Part shown: piece after piece, positions 29,983-40,864 of the stretch | Layout of the letters: each line of letters starts with the position of its first letter | Position numbering within the stretch: position 1 is the first letter of the stretch | NCBI GenBank assembly: GCA_963756875.1 | Contig: CAVWPA010000003.1 | Location: forward strand, 128,001 to 192,000 | DNA from: an uncultured Verrucomicrobiae bacterium | Lineage (GTDB): Bacteria; Verrucomicrobiota; Verrucomicrobiia; Chthoniobacterales; UBA10450 | Direction: 5' to 3' | Length of the DNA: 64,000 nucleotides | Translations under genes and position numbers: made by a program | The notes under the pieces: generated by a model | Databases searched by the model: none | The model's input: the letters and a program-made list of their open reading frames with translations, nothing else | Told to the model about the DNA's origin: nothing

Positions 29983-31023
29983 ATGAAATTTCGCACTTAC
30001 AAAAACACGGATCTGAAGGTGAGCGAGGTGGGGTTCGGCCTTTGGACAATTTCGACGGGCTGGTGGGGAAAGTTCACCGAAGGCGAAGCCATTGCGCTCA
30101 TGCACAAGGCATTCGATCTCGGCATCACGTTGTTCGATGCGGCCGACACTTACGGAAATGGCTTGAGCGAAGAGCTGCTCGCAAAGGCCTTTCCCGAACG
30201 GCGCGACGAAATCACCATCGCCACGAAAGTCGGCTACGATTTTGTGCACCACGGGGAAGCACGCGGGCGGGGACAACGCGAAATTCCGCAGGATTTTTCG
30301 CCGGAAGCAATCGAACGCGCAACCGACGCGGCGTTGAAGCGACTAAAAACCGATCGGATCGACCTGCTGCAACTGCACAACATCCGGATGGAACAGATCG
30401 AGGACGACGCGCTTTGGAAGACGCTCGAGAAATTGAAGTCCACCGGCAAAGTCCGTTACTACGGCATTGCGCTCGGTCCGGCGATCGGCTGGTTGTACGA
30501 GGGTGTTCAGTGTGTTCGCGAGCGCGAGGTTACCAGCGTGCAGCATATCTATAACATGCTCGAACAGTATCCGGGCAATGCCATCCAGGCTGCGGCGACC
30601 GATGCTGGCAAGGACACCATGTTTCTGATTCGCGTAACGCATTCGTCCGGGATGCTGGAGGGCAGATACACTCCCGAGACGGTTTTTCCGCCCACTGATC
30701 ATCGCAGCCATCGGCCGCGCAGCTGGCTGCTCAACGGAGTCAAAAAGGTCGAGCAACTGCGTTTTCTGGAGAATTCCGAGCGCACCCTCGGGCAAGCGGC
30801 GTTGCAATGGCTCCTGGCTGACGATCGCGTAGCTTCCACGTTGCCGAATATCTACAACGAGGAACAAGTAATCGAATTTGCGAAAGCGCCCGAATGTCCG
30901 CCGCTCACTCCTGAAGACCTCGGCAGGGCCAACGATCTCTACGCCGACAATTTTGGTCTCGAACGAGAAGAGCCGAAGTTCAAAGGCACGATGGAGCTGC
31001 CGAAAGAAACCGCAGCGGCGTAA
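29983..31023 (+). CDS. Aldo/keto reductase
   Basis: VSEVGFG, FDAADTYG, IATKVG, LKRLKTDRIDLLQLH. Confidence 0.92.
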   Translation: MKFRTYKNTDLKVSEVGFGLWTISTGWWGKFTEGEAIALMHKAFDLGITLFDAADTYGNGLSEELLAKAFPERRDEITIATKVGYDFVHHGEARGRGQREIPQDFSPEAIERATDAALKRLKTDRIDLLQLHNIRMEQIEDDALWKTLEKLKSTGKVRYYGIALGPAIGWLYEGVQCVREREVTSVQHIYNMLEQYPGNAIQAAATDAGKDTMFLIRVTHSSGMLEGRYTPETVFPPTDHRSHRPRSWLLNGVKKVEQLRFLENSERTLGQAALQWLLADDRVASTLPNIYNEEQVIEFAKAPECPPLTPEDLGRANDLYADNFGLEREEPKFKGTMELPKETAAA

Positions 31024-31024
31024 T

Positions 31025-33028
31025 TCAGTCTGACTGATCGTCCTGCACCGGCTCAGCGCGGCGCACTTGCGGCCCAGGCTGCCGGCCGCGCTGGCCGTTG
31101 GTCAGTTGACCCTTGTAAATGTCCTTGAAGATATCGGCGATCATCGGCGCGGCCGCGGTTCCACCGTGGACTTTGCTGCCGACATCGCCCTCATAAAGCG
31201 CGGCAAACGCATATTGCGGATGGTCGGCCGGCAGAAATCCGGCAAACCATGCGGCGGTTCGCTCTTTGTTTTTCGGGCCCCACTGTGCGGTGCCGGTTTT
31301 GCCGGCAACTTCGACATTGTCGAGACTGGCCTGGTGGCCGGTGCCGTTTGCGCCATTCACGGCGTCGATCATTCCGGTATGTATCCGGTCGATCGTTTCC
31401 GGCGAAATATCGACGGTCCGTTTTGCGCGCACCCGGTAGGCACTGACCACCTGGTTGTCGACGGTCTGGACTTGTTGCACCAGTCGCGTTTGAAAAAACG
31501 TCCCTCCATTCGCGACGATCGCCATGGCTTGCGCCATCTGCAGCGGCGTGACCTCCGTGTCGCCCTGGCCGATTGACAGATTCGCGATATCACCGTTGAG
31601 CAGTTTGCGCCCGTGCGTCGCTTTCATGTACTGATCGTCCGGCACCCGTCCGTCCGATTCGCCGCGCAAAGGAATGCCGCACTTCGCCCCAAATCCCAGC
31701 TGCAACGCCCAGTCGATGATCGGCTGTGCGCCGGTCTTGATTCCAACCTGATAAAACCAGGTGTCGCACGATTGGGTCAGCGCCTGCACAAAATTCAGGG
31801 GACCCTGGTCGCCCTTTTTCCAATTGTGAAAGGTGAGATTGCCGATGTCTATTGCCGGCACGCATTCGTACTCGTCTTCCGGCGTTACCGCACCACTCTC
31901 CATGGCCGCGATGCCGACCACGATTTTGAATGTCGATCCGGGCGGATAAGAAGATCGGAACGCGCGCGGCAGAAGCGGAATATTCGGATCGTTCTGCAAA
32001 GCCTTGAATTTTTCGGTCGAGATCGACGGAATGAAAACATTCGGATCGTACGCAGGCCACGAGGCCATCGCCAGAATGTCGCCGTTATTTGGATCGATAA
32101 CGACGATCGCGCCGCGTTTCGCTTTGGCCTCCAGCGCTTTCTCGGCCAGTTCCTGAATGTGCAGATCGAGCGTGGTAACGATGTTATCACCGGGGATCGG
32201 CGGGGTAATTAATTTGTCGGAGGTTTTCCGGCCATCTTTGTCAAAGGTCAGTTTGTATTCGCCATGCTTGCCTGTGAGCAATTCGTTAAACGTTTGCTCG
32301 AGACCTTCCCGGCCTTCCGTTTCCGGCCAAAGCGTTTCGTGATTGTCGATGATGCCGTCAAGGTTGCGGCCGGTTTTTCCGGTGTAACCAATAATCTGCC
32401 CGGCTACTTTGCCGTTGGGATAAACACGAATGTAGACGGGCCGCACTACCATTCCGTCTTTCGCGTGATCTTTGACTTCCTTGTATTCTTTCTCGCTGAG
32501 GTTCTGTGCGATCTCGAGCGGCAGGATCCCGCGGTTCTGGTAATGCCGCAGAATGGCCGCATCGGAAATCTTTATGGAGCGGCCGAGTAATTTCGACGCG
32601 CGCTCGATCTTCTCCCTGGCAAATTTAATCGCGTGCGCGTCGGAGAAATCGAGCGGCGTAGGAAAATTAATAGCCAGATTGTAGCTCAGCTTGTTTTGCG
32701 CGAGCGGGACGCCGTTGCGATCGGTGATCTGGCCGCGCGGCGCGGGAATATCGAGAATATAAGTGCGCGCGAGCTTCTGCGTCTCAAAGGTCGGAACGAT
32801 TGTCTCTTCTTCCGTGAACGGGCTCGAAGCCGGAGAGGGCGTCGGGGTAAGCTCCGGCACTGGCGTCGGCGTTCCGATCGTGGCCGGTGCCGGCGATTGA
32901 GCGAGCAGCACCGCCGGAACCCAAAATGCCGACAATAAACAGGCAGGGACGGCTTTCCGAGCTCTCCCGTGAACTCGACGGATCCCGCGTTTACGGGAAA
33001 GAAACGTCCCTGCCTTGCCGATGTACAT
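31025..33028 (-). CDS. mrdA: Class B penicillin-binding protein (PBP2/MrdA-like); start uncertain
   Basis: APRGQITDRNG, STFK, SCD, KTGT motifs. Confidence 0.85.
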   Translation of the reverse strand: MYIGKAGTFLSRKRGIRRVHGRARKAVPACLLSAFWVPAVLLAQSPAPATIGTPTPVPELTPTPSPASSPFTEEETIVPTFETQKLARTYILDIPAPRGQITDRNGVPLAQNKLSYNLAINFPTPLDFSDAHAIKFAREKIERASKLLGRSIKISDAAILRHYQNRGILPLEIAQNLSEKEYKEVKDHAKDGMVVRPVYIRVYPNGKVAGQIIGYTGKTGRNLDGIIDNHETLWPETEGREGLEQTFNELLTGKHGEYKLTFDKDGRKTSDKLITPPIPGDNIVTTLDLHIQELAEKALEAKAKRGAIVVIDPNNGDILAMASWPAYDPNVFIPSISTEKFKALQNDPNIPLLPRAFRSSYPPGSTFKIVVGIAAMESGAVTPEDEYECVPAIDIGNLTFHNWKKGDQGPLNFVQALTQSCDTWFYQVGIKTGAQPIIDWALQLGFGAKCGIPLRGESDGRVPDDQYMKATHGRKLLNGDIANLSIGQGDTEVTPLQMAQAMAIVANGGTFFQTRLVQQVQTVDNQVVSAYRVRAKRTVDISPETIDRIHTGMIDAVNGANGTGHQASLDNVEVAGKTGTAQWGPKNKERTAAWFAGFLPADHPQYAFAALYEGDVGSKVHGGTAAAPMIADIFKDIYKGQLTNGQRGRQPGPQVRRAEPVQDDQSD

Positions 33029-33047
33029 CTGCGGAATCTGCGGATAA

Positions 33048-34652
33048 CTAAGGCCGCTGCAAGAAGCGATGCACTTCTTCCGCCAGTTTGCGTCCAATCC
33101 CTTCCGTCGCAGCGATCTCGTCTACACTCGCCTTGCGCAGCCGATTCACGGAACCAAACCTGCGCAGTAGCAGACTCTTGCGGTTCTGACTCACGCCCGG
33201 ACAATCGTCGAGAATGCTTTCTTCGACACGTTTCTTAAGAAGTAATTGATGATAAGCGTTGGCGAAGCGATGGGCCTCATCGCGAATCCGCTGGAGTAAA
33301 TGAAGCGCACCGGAATCGGGCGGCAACTGCAACGGCAACGCGCGACCAGGCCGGTAGATCTCTTCATGCTCTTTCGCCAATCCGATGATTGGCAAATCGT
33401 GCAGGCCGAGTCGCTGCAACTCGCGGCAAGCCGAAGAAAGCTGACCCTTTCCACCGTCGACAATGATGAGGTCGGGAAGACGGACGTACGACTGCGGATT
33501 GCGGATTGCGGATCGCGGATTGTTCTCTTTTTCCAGTCGACGCGCCGTTTCGAGCGCGTTCTCCTGAGAATGCTCGGCTGCAAGATCAACATCTTCTCGA
33601 TCCGCACTCCGCACTCCGCACTCCCCAATTGTCAGCAACACCCGTGAATATCTTCGCCGCACAACTTCCGCCATGCTCGCAAAATCGTCCTGACCTGCAA
33701 CCGTACGGATCCGGTACCGCCGGTAACAATCTCTGTCCGGAATACCATCGCGAAAACAAACCATGGAGGCGACCACGTGCGTCGTGGAGATGTTCGAAAT
33801 ATCGAAACATTCCATCACTCGCGGCGGCTGTGGCAGCTGCAACGCATCCGCCAGCGCTTGCACATCGGCCATCGGATCGACCGCGCTCGGTAAACTGCTT
33901 CGCGTGAAGCGCCGCATTGGTTTCGTCGTCCGGCGCACGTCCTCGATCATGTCGCGCAGCTCGGCCGCTTTTTCGAAGTCCATTTTCTCGGCCGCTTTAT
34001 CCATTTGCTCTTTCAGCGCATCGATCATTTCCCGAGAGTGACCTTCAAGAAATTCACACGCTTGCCCGGCCCGCTGGCGATATTGCGCAGCCGTAATCTC
34101 GCTCAGGCGCATCGGCACCTGATACGTGGCTGATTTTAACTCCCGCTCGGTAGGCGCGCCGCGGCCGAATGTCAGCACGCCGAATTTTTTGCGCATGAGA
34201 TTGAGCGTTTGCCGAAGCGCACCGGCGTCCGCGTACGGCCCAAAATAACGGGCGTTGTCGTTTTTCTTAAAACGAGCGAGACGAAAACGCGGCCACTCCT
34301 CCGACATATCGACCTTGACCAGGAGGAACCGTTTATCATCGCGAAAGGAGATGTTGTAACGCGGCCGATATTCCTTGATCAATTTGCCTTCGAGCAAAAT
34401 CGATTCGGCCTCGCTGCGCACGACATGGGTCTCGAAATCCCACGTCGCAACGAGCATGGCGCGCGTTTTTAAATCGGCCTGCGCGATTTTCGACGGAAGA
34501 AAATAAGAACTGACCCGCTTCCGCAGATCGCGCGCTTTGCCGACATAAATCACCCGGTTGAACCGGTCGCGCATCAGGTACACACCCGGTTTGTGCGGCA
34601 CCTCTTGTACCTTCTTTTGCAGGTCCGGCTTCTCTTTTCTCGGCACACTCAT
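33048..34652 (-). CDS. uvrC: Excinuclease ABC subunit C
   Basis: PGVY..IYVGKA GIY-YIG domain, FDISN, DGGKGQL, RDEAHRFA, HhH. Confidence 0.95.
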   Translation of the reverse strand: MSVPRKEKPDLQKKVQEVPHKPGVYLMRDRFNRVIYVGKARDLRKRVSSYFLPSKIAQADLKTRAMLVATWDFETHVVRSEAESILLEGKLIKEYRPRYNISFRDDKRFLLVKVDMSEEWPRFRLARFKKNDNARYFGPYADAGALRQTLNLMRKKFGVLTFGRGAPTERELKSATYQVPMRLSEITAAQYRQRAGQACEFLEGHSREMIDALKEQMDKAAEKMDFEKAAELRDMIEDVRRTTKPMRRFTRSSLPSAVDPMADVQALADALQLPQPPRVMECFDISNISTTHVVASMVCFRDGIPDRDCYRRYRIRTVAGQDDFASMAEVVRRRYSRVLLTIGECGVRSADREDVDLAAEHSQENALETARRLEKENNPRSAIRNPQSYVRLPDLIIVDGGKGQLSSACRELQRLGLHDLPIIGLAKEHEEIYRPGRALPLQLPPDSGALHLLQRIRDEAHRFANAYHQLLLKKRVEESILDDCPGVSQNRKSLLLRRFGSVNRLRKASVDEIAATEGIGRKLAEEVHRFLQRP

Positions 34653-34864
34653 CTGGTTCCGTTCTTAATCTTGCTCGTAATCGTAATCGAAATGCACGCG
34701 ACTGAAAAATGCCTTCGCGAAATCGGAACGTAGACCTTTGGTCTGTGCGCTCAGCGAAGATGTTCCCTGCTGACAAGGCAAGCCAGCGGGTTGCAAACTC
34801 GCTGGGCGCACAGATCGCAAGAACTGATGGGGCGAGACTCCGTCGAGCCGACGAATGCGCTCGC

Positions 34865-35938
34865 TCACGCGACACGGCGTCGCGGCAGCGCGGATTGCAC
34901 CATCATCAGCTCGCTTACATGCTCGGGCGTGAGCAAACCGACCAACTTTTTCATGTTGTCCAGGACCGGCACGGCCGGGCAATTGCACTCCTGCATGATG
35001 CGGAACGCTTCTTCAAACCGCGTCCCGGTCGTCACCGTCGGAATATCGCGCCGCATCACGTCGCCGACGCGAACACTTGGATCGCCTTTCCGCAACGCGC
35101 CGATGAGATCGTGGCGAGTGAGCACGCCGGCAACGTCTCCTTTGTCATCCACTACGGGGAAATCGTGCTGTGAGGTAGCAAGCAGAACGTCCACAGCTTC
35201 CTGCAGTGTTGCGTTCACGGGAAGCGTGTGGAATTCGCGCACCATTGCGCTCGAGACCGGGAACCGGCGCGACATATCCCTCATTTGAGCGAGCGTCGCC
35301 TCCTGAGATGCACCGATATAAACGAAAAACGCGATGAAAATGAGGAACGGATTCCAAAGAAGCCCGATGAAGCCGAACAGGAACGCAAAAGCCTGCCCGA
35401 CGCTCGCCGCGACCTGCGTGGCGCGAGCATAACGCATTCGTGTCGCCAGAAGCGCGCGCAAGACGCGACCGCCGTCCATTGGAAAGGCCGGCAGCAGATT
35501 AAAAAGAAGCAGGATCACGTTCATGGTGAAGAGCACATCGAGGATGCCGGCTTGCATTGTGGTCGGATACGCCCACCGACCGCCTGCGATGAACGCAACG
35601 AGCGCAATGAGTGCGGTTACCGCCGGTCCCGCAGCGGCGATAATCAGTTCCTGCACCGGCTCTTCCGGAATTCGTTCCAAACGCGCCACGCCGCCTATTG
35701 GCAGCAACGTGATGTCCGGCGTGTTGATGCCAAAGGCTTTTCCCGCAAAGGCGTGTCCAAACTCATGCAACACGACACACGCGAACAGGAGGAGGATGAA
35801 CAACACTCCGCCGACCGCAGCCGGAGATCCCCCATGGGCATAGTAAACAAAGGCAACCCAGCCGACGAGAAGCAGAAACGTAAGATGCATCCGCAACTGG
35901 ATCCCTGCGATGCGGAAAATGGGGACCGACCAGCTCAT
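34865..35938 (-). CDS. Site-2 protease (M50) with CBS pair
   Basis: HEFGH, AAAGP, FNLLPAFPMDGGR, two CBS domains; start at MSWSVPIF. Confidence 0.92.
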   Translation of the reverse strand: MSWSVPIFRIAGIQLRMHLTFLLLVGWVAFVYYAHGGSPAAVGGVLFILLLFACVVLHEFGHAFAGKAFGINTPDITLLPIGGVARLERIPEEPVQELIIAAAGPAVTALIALVAFIAGGRWAYPTTMQAGILDVLFTMNVILLLFNLLPAFPMDGGRVLRALLATRMRYARATQVAASVGQAFAFLFGFIGLLWNPFLIFIAFFVYIGASQEATLAQMRDMSRRFPVSSAMVREFHTLPVNATLQEAVDVLLATSQHDFPVVDDKGDVAGVLTRHDLIGALRKGDPSVRVGDVMRRDIPTVTTGTRFEEAFRIMQECNCPAVPVLDNMKKLVGLLTPEHVSELMMVQSALPRRRVA

Positions 35939-36005
35939 ATAGATAAAGCAATCTCTCCTGCTTTTGAATCGCGCGCCAGTGCTACCAGCGCCTCCATGAA
36001 TAATA

Positions 36006-36034
36006 AGAGATTTCTCGACTTCGCTCGGAACGAC
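36006..36034. repeat. GTC-RTT-CCGAGCG-type REP-like hairpin
   Basis: Reverse complement gtcgttccgagcgaagtcgagaaatctct; related to 22739-22767, 48189-48217 and 59516-59542. Confidence 0.7.
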
Positions 36035-36052
36035 AACCCAGAGTGAAGCAAA

Positions 36053-37129
36053 ATGGAAGTCTTCGATGTGGCGATCGTGGGCGGCGGACCGGCCGGATCG
36101 ACCTGCGCGGCGCTCTGTTCTGCGGCGGGATTGCGAACGCTTATCCTGGAGCGCGAGAAATTTCCGCGCGAAAAAGTCTGTGGCGATTGCCTGAACCCGG
36201 CCTGCTGGCCGGTGTTGCGCCGGCTTGGAATCGACGAAGGGGTCCGAAATTTGCCGCATGGAAAGCTCGAAGCTGTCGAGTTCATCACGATTGGAGGCCG
36301 AAAAACGCGCGTCGCGCTGCCACGCGGCGACCAGGCTGAAATCGCCGTCAAACGGAGCCTGCTCGACAATCTCCTGCTGGTTCGCGCACGAGAACTCGGC
36401 GCTGAGGTTCACGAGGAATCGACTGTCACGGCGCTGACAGGAACGACTTCGCGAAACTGGAAGATTGATGTCGTCACTCAGCAATTCGGTGCCCGTTTCC
36501 TCATTGCTGCGGACGGCCGAAATTCGACCGTTGCTCGACTTTGCAATCTGCTGCCGCGTCCACAACGCGAACGAGTGGCACTCCAGGCGCACGTTCCGTT
36601 GCCGCGAGACTTTGGGAATCGCGTCGTCTTACAACTCCTTCCCGAGGGCTATTCAGGTCAGGCGCCGGTCAATAAAAACGAACTCAATCTTTGTTTGGTC
36701 GGAAAGCCTCCGACTATTTCTTCATTGCGAAAATGGGCGGAGCGCAATTTCGACATCGCACCTGGTCAACCGTGGCGCACCATTACGCCGCTCACGCGAT
36801 CGCCAGTACACGGCGCGCACAGGAACCTTCTTTTTATTGGAGATGCCGCGCGTGTGGTCGAGCCGTTCACGGGGGAAGGAATTTATTATGCTCTGCGCTC
36901 GGCTGAGCTTGCGGCGGAAGCAGCGGTAAAAATCGTTCGCGGAGAAAATTTCGAAGCCGCCCTGGGGCAGTTCGCGCGCGCTTACACGGCGATGTACCGC
37001 GGAAGATTATGGATCAATCGCCTGGCGCGCGCGGCGGTTGTGTCGCCAACCCTTGGATCCGCCTTTCTCCAGATGGCACGGGTTCAACCTGCGATCTTGC
37101 GATTACTGACCCGGCAAATCACGGGTTAG
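36053..37129 (+). CDS. FAD-dependent oxidoreductase, geranylgeranyl reductase/FixC family
   Basis: [32 protein letters not shown]. Confidence 0.85.
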   Translation: MEVFDVAIVGGGPAGSTCAALCSAAGLRTLILEREKFPREKVCGDCLNPACWPVLRRLGIDEGVRNLPHGKLEAVEFITIGGRKTRVALPRGDQAEIAVKRSLLDNLLLVRARELGAEVHEESTVTALTGTTSRNWKIDVVTQQFGARFLIAADGRNSTVARLCNLLPRPQRERVALQAHVPLPRDFGNRVVLQLLPEGYSGQAPVNKNELNLCLVGKPPTISSLRKWAERNFDIAPGQPWRTITPLTRSPVHGAHRNLLFIGDAARVVEPFTGEGIYYALRSAELAAEAAVKIVRGENFEAALGQFARAYTAMYRGRLWINRLARAAVVSPTLGSAFLQMARVQPAILRLLTRQITG

Positions 37130-38009
37130 CGTTCGCCAATTGCCGGCATGCCTTGACCGTGTTCGACATCAACATCGCGATGGTCATCGGTCCAACGCCG
37201 CCCGGCACCGGCGTGATCGCCGCGGCCTTCTTCGAGACTTCGTCAAAGGCGACGTCGCCGACGAGCCGGTAGCCGCGCTCTCTGGTTGCATCTTCCACGC
37301 GATTGATCCCGACATCCACAACGACCGCGCCGTCGCGAACGTGGACGGCCTTCACAAATTCGGCGCGTCCAATCGCCGCAACCAAAATATCGGCGGAACG
37401 CGTGATCTCCTCGAGATTCTTGCTGCGTGAATGCGCCACCGTGACCGTCGCATCGCCCCCCTTCGCTTTTTGCATGAACAAAAGCGCGAGCGGTTTTCCG
37501 ACAATCATGCTTCGCCCCAAGATCACGATATGCGCGCCGGCGATGTCGATCTTGCTCTCAATCAATAACCGCTGCACGCCAAGTGGAGTGCACGGCACGA
37601 AGCCGGTTGGATCGCCCATGGCGAGCTTTGCGACGTTCAAGGGATGAAATCCGTCGACGTCTTTGCGAGGATCGAGCGCGCGCACAATGGCCGCTTCATC
37701 GATATGCGCTGGCGGCGGCGACTGGACCAGGATGCCGTGGATCTTGGGATCGCGATTGAGTTCTTCAACGCGCGCAAGCAACTCCTGCTGCCCGGTCGCA
37801 GCCGGCAGCTCCAGCTTCAGAGAATACAAGCCCAGTTCACGGCTTATTTTGTCTTTCGATCGAACGTACGCGCGCGACGCCGGATTATCGCCAACGAGGA
37901 CGACGGCAAGTCCGGGTGTTTCTCCCCGCGATTTTAACTCTGCGATTTCGCTACGAAGATCGACATAAACCTTCTCAGCAATCGCACGGCCGTCGATCAG
38001 GTTTGGCAT
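37119..38009 (-). CDS. folD: Methylene-THF dehydrogenase/cyclohydrolase
   Basis: [25 protein letters not shown]. Confidence 0.96.
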   Translation of the reverse strand: MPNLIDGRAIAEKVYVDLRSEIAELKSRGETPGLAVVLVGDNPASRAYVRSKDKISRELGLYSLKLELPAATGQQELLARVEELNRDPKIHGILVQSPPPAHIDEAAIVRALDPRKDVDGFHPLNVAKLAMGDPTGFVPCTPLGVQRLLIESKIDIAGAHIVILGRSMIVGKPLALLFMQKAKGGDATVTVAHSRSKNLEEITRSADILVAAIGRAEFVKAVHVRDGAVVVDVGINRVEDATRERGYRLVGDVAFDEVSKKAAAITPVPGGVGPMTIAMLMSNTVKACRQLANANP

Positions 38010-38027
38010 GGCGTGAGTTTAAATGGC

Positions 38028-38672
38028 TCAGCGCCGTTCAACCAGTGACATCATGGCGTTTTGTAAACGCAGACGCTCGGCCTCGAATTCTTCGGGTGTG
38101 CTGGCCGGTCGCACCTGGTGTGGCGGCCCGATGATGAAGCGCACTTTCGAAAATGGACGGGGCAGGATAAATCGGTCCCAGCTCTTCACCCGCCAGCAGG
38201 ATGAAAATTCCAGATTCACCGGTACGACGGCGGCGCCCGATTTCTGCGCAAGAAAAATAATGCCGGGGCCAAGCTCATAGGCCGGACCGCGCGGACCGTC
38301 CGGTGTGATCAAAATATCGCGGCCTGACGCCAGAACATTGGTGAGTTCGAGGAGGGCGCTTGCGCCCATTCGCGAACTGGAGCCGCGCACCACATTGAAA
38401 CCGAAGCGCTGCGTTGCATCCGCGATCAAATCGCCGTCGCGGCTTGCGCTAATGAGACCGGCGCCCGGCCGCTGTGGGAGAAATTTTTTCAGGGCGTAGG
38501 AGATCAGCAAAAGCCGGTTGTGCCAAAGCGCGGCGATATAATTCTCCCGGACCGGCTTGCCAAGCACGTCCGCGCGATCGTCGATTTCGTAGCGGAGCGT
38601 GCGCACCCAGACCTGGAGCAGACGGAATCCGAATGCGACCAACCATCGCGCGCGCCAGCCTTCGATTTTCAA
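38028..38672 (-). CDS. DUF374 / lysophospholipid acyltransferase family protein
   Basis: WH, S.SRDGD, VRGSSSR, TPDGPRGP, SWDRF..P.PFS. Confidence 0.85.
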   Translation of the reverse strand: MKIEGWRARWLVAFGFRLLQVWVRTLRYEIDDRADVLGKPVRENYIAALWHNRLLLISYALKKFLPQRPGAGLISASRDGDLIADATQRFGFNVVRGSSSRMGASALLELTNVLASGRDILITPDGPRGPAYELGPGIIFLAQKSGAAVVPVNLEFSSCWRVKSWDRFILPRPFSKVRFIIGPPHQVRPASTPEEFEAERLRLQNAMMSLVERR

Positions 38673-39268
38673 CTTCTCGGGGACTTGGCGGTTTTCCCTT
38701 GCTCACCCCTGCGAGCCTTGCCCTCCGCAGACCAGCGATACGCACGCGGATTGGGCAGGCCAAGTTGATCTAGAATCCGCCAGACGACCGTATCGACGAC
38801 GGCCTCAACGGATTTTGGGCGGCTGTAAAACGACGGGATCGCCGGCAGAACAACCGCGCCCGCCTCAAGAAGCGTCACCACGTTGCGCGCATGAATCAGA
38901 TTCCACGGTGTCTCGCGCGGCACCAAAATCAGCTTGCGGCGTTCCTTGAGGAAAACATCCGCCGCGCGCAAAAGCGCAGTGTCGCTCGAGCCGGAAGCGA
39001 TTCGACCGATCGTCGCCATCGAACACGGAACGACGACCATTGCGTCAAAGCGGGCCGAGCCGCTCACGAACGGGACGTTCAGATCGTTCTCTGCGTGTTG
39101 TGTAATCGATTTCGGGATTTTGAGCGCATCCAGCTCCTCTTTCGCAACCTGTCTCGCATGGCCGCTCATTACGAGATGGACTTCATGCGCGGCGCAATCG
39201 ATCTGCTCGAGTAATCGTTGCAAATAAATCGTGCCGCTGGCGCCGGTGGCCGCGATGACAAGCTTCAT
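38669..39268 (-). CDS. ubiX: Flavin prenyltransferase
   Basis: TGASG, PCSM, RAADV.LKERR, RETP, P.FY. Confidence 0.93.
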   Translation of the reverse strand: MKLVIAATGASGTIYLQRLLEQIDCAAHEVHLVMSGHARQVAKEELDALKIPKSITQHAENDLNVPFVSGSARFDAMVVVPCSMATIGRIASGSSDTALLRAADVFLKERRKLILVPRETPWNLIHARNVVTLLEAGAVVLPAIPSFYSRPKSVEAVVDTVVWRILDQLGLPNPRAYRWSAEGKARRGEQGKTAKSPRS

Positions 39269-39307
39269 CTGGGCTAAAGAACTACAACCCTTCGCACGGC
39301 TCGACAA

Positions 39308-40807
39308 TCAGAGATAACCGCCGGTTGCCAGTTTTCGCGTCAGATCGGCCTGTCGCGCCTGCAATTCAGCATAGAGGTCCCGGGCTTCCTTCTTTGGTTC
39401 AGCGCGAGTTTTCTTATCGATCTTGACGGCGTCGCGCACGAGCTCATCGAGCGCGATTGGTTTTCCTTTCACATGACAATAAGTCCACGCCGCCTGCATT
39501 GCCGCGCCGAGCGCAGCGCCTTCAGGAACCTTTAGCGCCACAACAGGACAACCGAAAGCATCGGCCACAATCTGCCGCCAGACGGCGCTCTTGCTTCCGC
39601 CACCCGTCAACCGCAGCTCTTTGGGCACGATCCCAAGATCAACGATCCGTTTCAGTCCGCGTGAGAGACCCATCGTAATGCCTTCAACAATGGCGCGGGC
39701 GATCTCCGGCGCGTTCATGTTTTCCAAATTCAAACCGTGCAACACGCCGGTGCCGCGGGGCAAATTCGGCAGGCGTTCGCCCTGCAGATAAGGCAGAAAA
39801 AGCAGACCGCGCGCGCCCGGTGGAACAGTGGCAACACTTTTTTCCAACTTCGCAGCGTCCCATTGAAACAATTCCATGATCTGCTGAACCGCGATCGCGA
39901 CATTCATCGTGCAGGCGAGCGAGAGCCAGTGGTCGGTGCTGTCGCAGAAAGCCGCCAGCTCTCCTTTCGGATCGATAACCGGCTTTTCAGCGAATGCGTA
40001 AACAGTTCCGGAAGTGCCAAGGCTGACCGTAACCGTGTTTGGTTTGATATTTCCGGTGCCAATCGCGCCGAGCATGTTGTCGCCGCCGCCCGCGCTCACC
40101 AGTACGTCTCCACGCAATCCCCATTCCTTGGCATGAACGGATCGAAGCAAGCCAGCGGGTCCGGCAGAAGAGCGCAGCGGTGGAAATTTCGAGTCGAGAT
40201 CTTTGTCGATGAATTCGAAAAGCGGCCGGTACCAGGTCCGAGTCCGCACATCCATCAGGCCGGTGCCGGAAGCGTCGCTGTATTCCATCTGGCGCTCGCC
40301 CGTCAGCCAGAAATTGATGTAATCGTGTGGCAGTAACACCGTCCGGATGCGCCGGAAATTTTGCGGCTCGTTCTCTTTGAGCCATAAAAGCTTCGGCGCG
40401 GTGTAACCGGGAAACATCGCATTGCCGGTGCGCTCGATCAGTTCATCAACACTGCCGAACGCCTTGTTGAGCTTTTCCGATTGTGCGGCTGCCGAGGTGT
40501 CGCACCAAAGTTTGGCGGGGCGGATCGGCTGGTTCCTCGCATCGAGGGTAACCAGACCATGCTGTTGCGCGGAGACACCGATAGCAACGATGTGGGCGAT
40601 GCGCTTACCGATTCTGGACAGGCATTCGCGAATCGTCGCACCCGTTGCATCGATCCAGGTCTGCGGCGATTGTTCGACCTGGCCGCGCGGCAAGCCCGAA
40701 ATGGTCTCATAAGTTTGCTGCGCCAGCGCGACAACCTTGCCCGATTCCATATCGAGAACGAGGGCTCTCGTGCTCTTGGTGCCGCTATCGATTCCGAGAC
40801 AAAGCAT
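39308..40807 (-). CDS. xylB: Xylulokinase (FGGY family)
   Basis: GIDSGT, QQHG, DASGTG, GGGDN, SLGTSGT. Confidence 0.85.
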   Translation of the reverse strand: MLCLGIDSGTKSTRALVLDMESGKVVALAQQTYETISGLPRGQVEQSPQTWIDATGATIRECLSRIGKRIAHIVAIGVSAQQHGLVTLDARNQPIRPAKLWCDTSAAAQSEKLNKAFGSVDELIERTGNAMFPGYTAPKLLWLKENEPQNFRRIRTVLLPHDYINFWLTGERQMEYSDASGTGLMDVRTRTWYRPLFEFIDKDLDSKFPPLRSSAGPAGLLRSVHAKEWGLRGDVLVSAGGGDNMLGAIGTGNIKPNTVTVSLGTSGTVYAFAEKPVIDPKGELAAFCDSTDHWLSLACTMNVAIAVQQIMELFQWDAAKLEKSVATVPPGARGLLFLPYLQGERLPNLPRGTGVLHGLNLENMNAPEIARAIVEGITMGLSRGLKRIVDLGIVPKELRLTGGGSKSAVWRQIVADAFGCPVVALKVPEGAALGAAMQAAWTYCHVKGKPIALDELVRDAVKIDKKTRAEPKKEARDLYAELQARQADLTRKLATGGYL

Positions 40808-40864
40808 AATTATTTCGCGCGCGGAGTTTGAATTTGATCGCGGGCGGGGGCAATAAGATATGCC

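Noticed and set aside
35939..36592. N-terminal extension of the site-2 protease ORF
   Set aside because: It is antisense to the FAD oxidoreductase and crosses a repeat. The real start is probably 35938.
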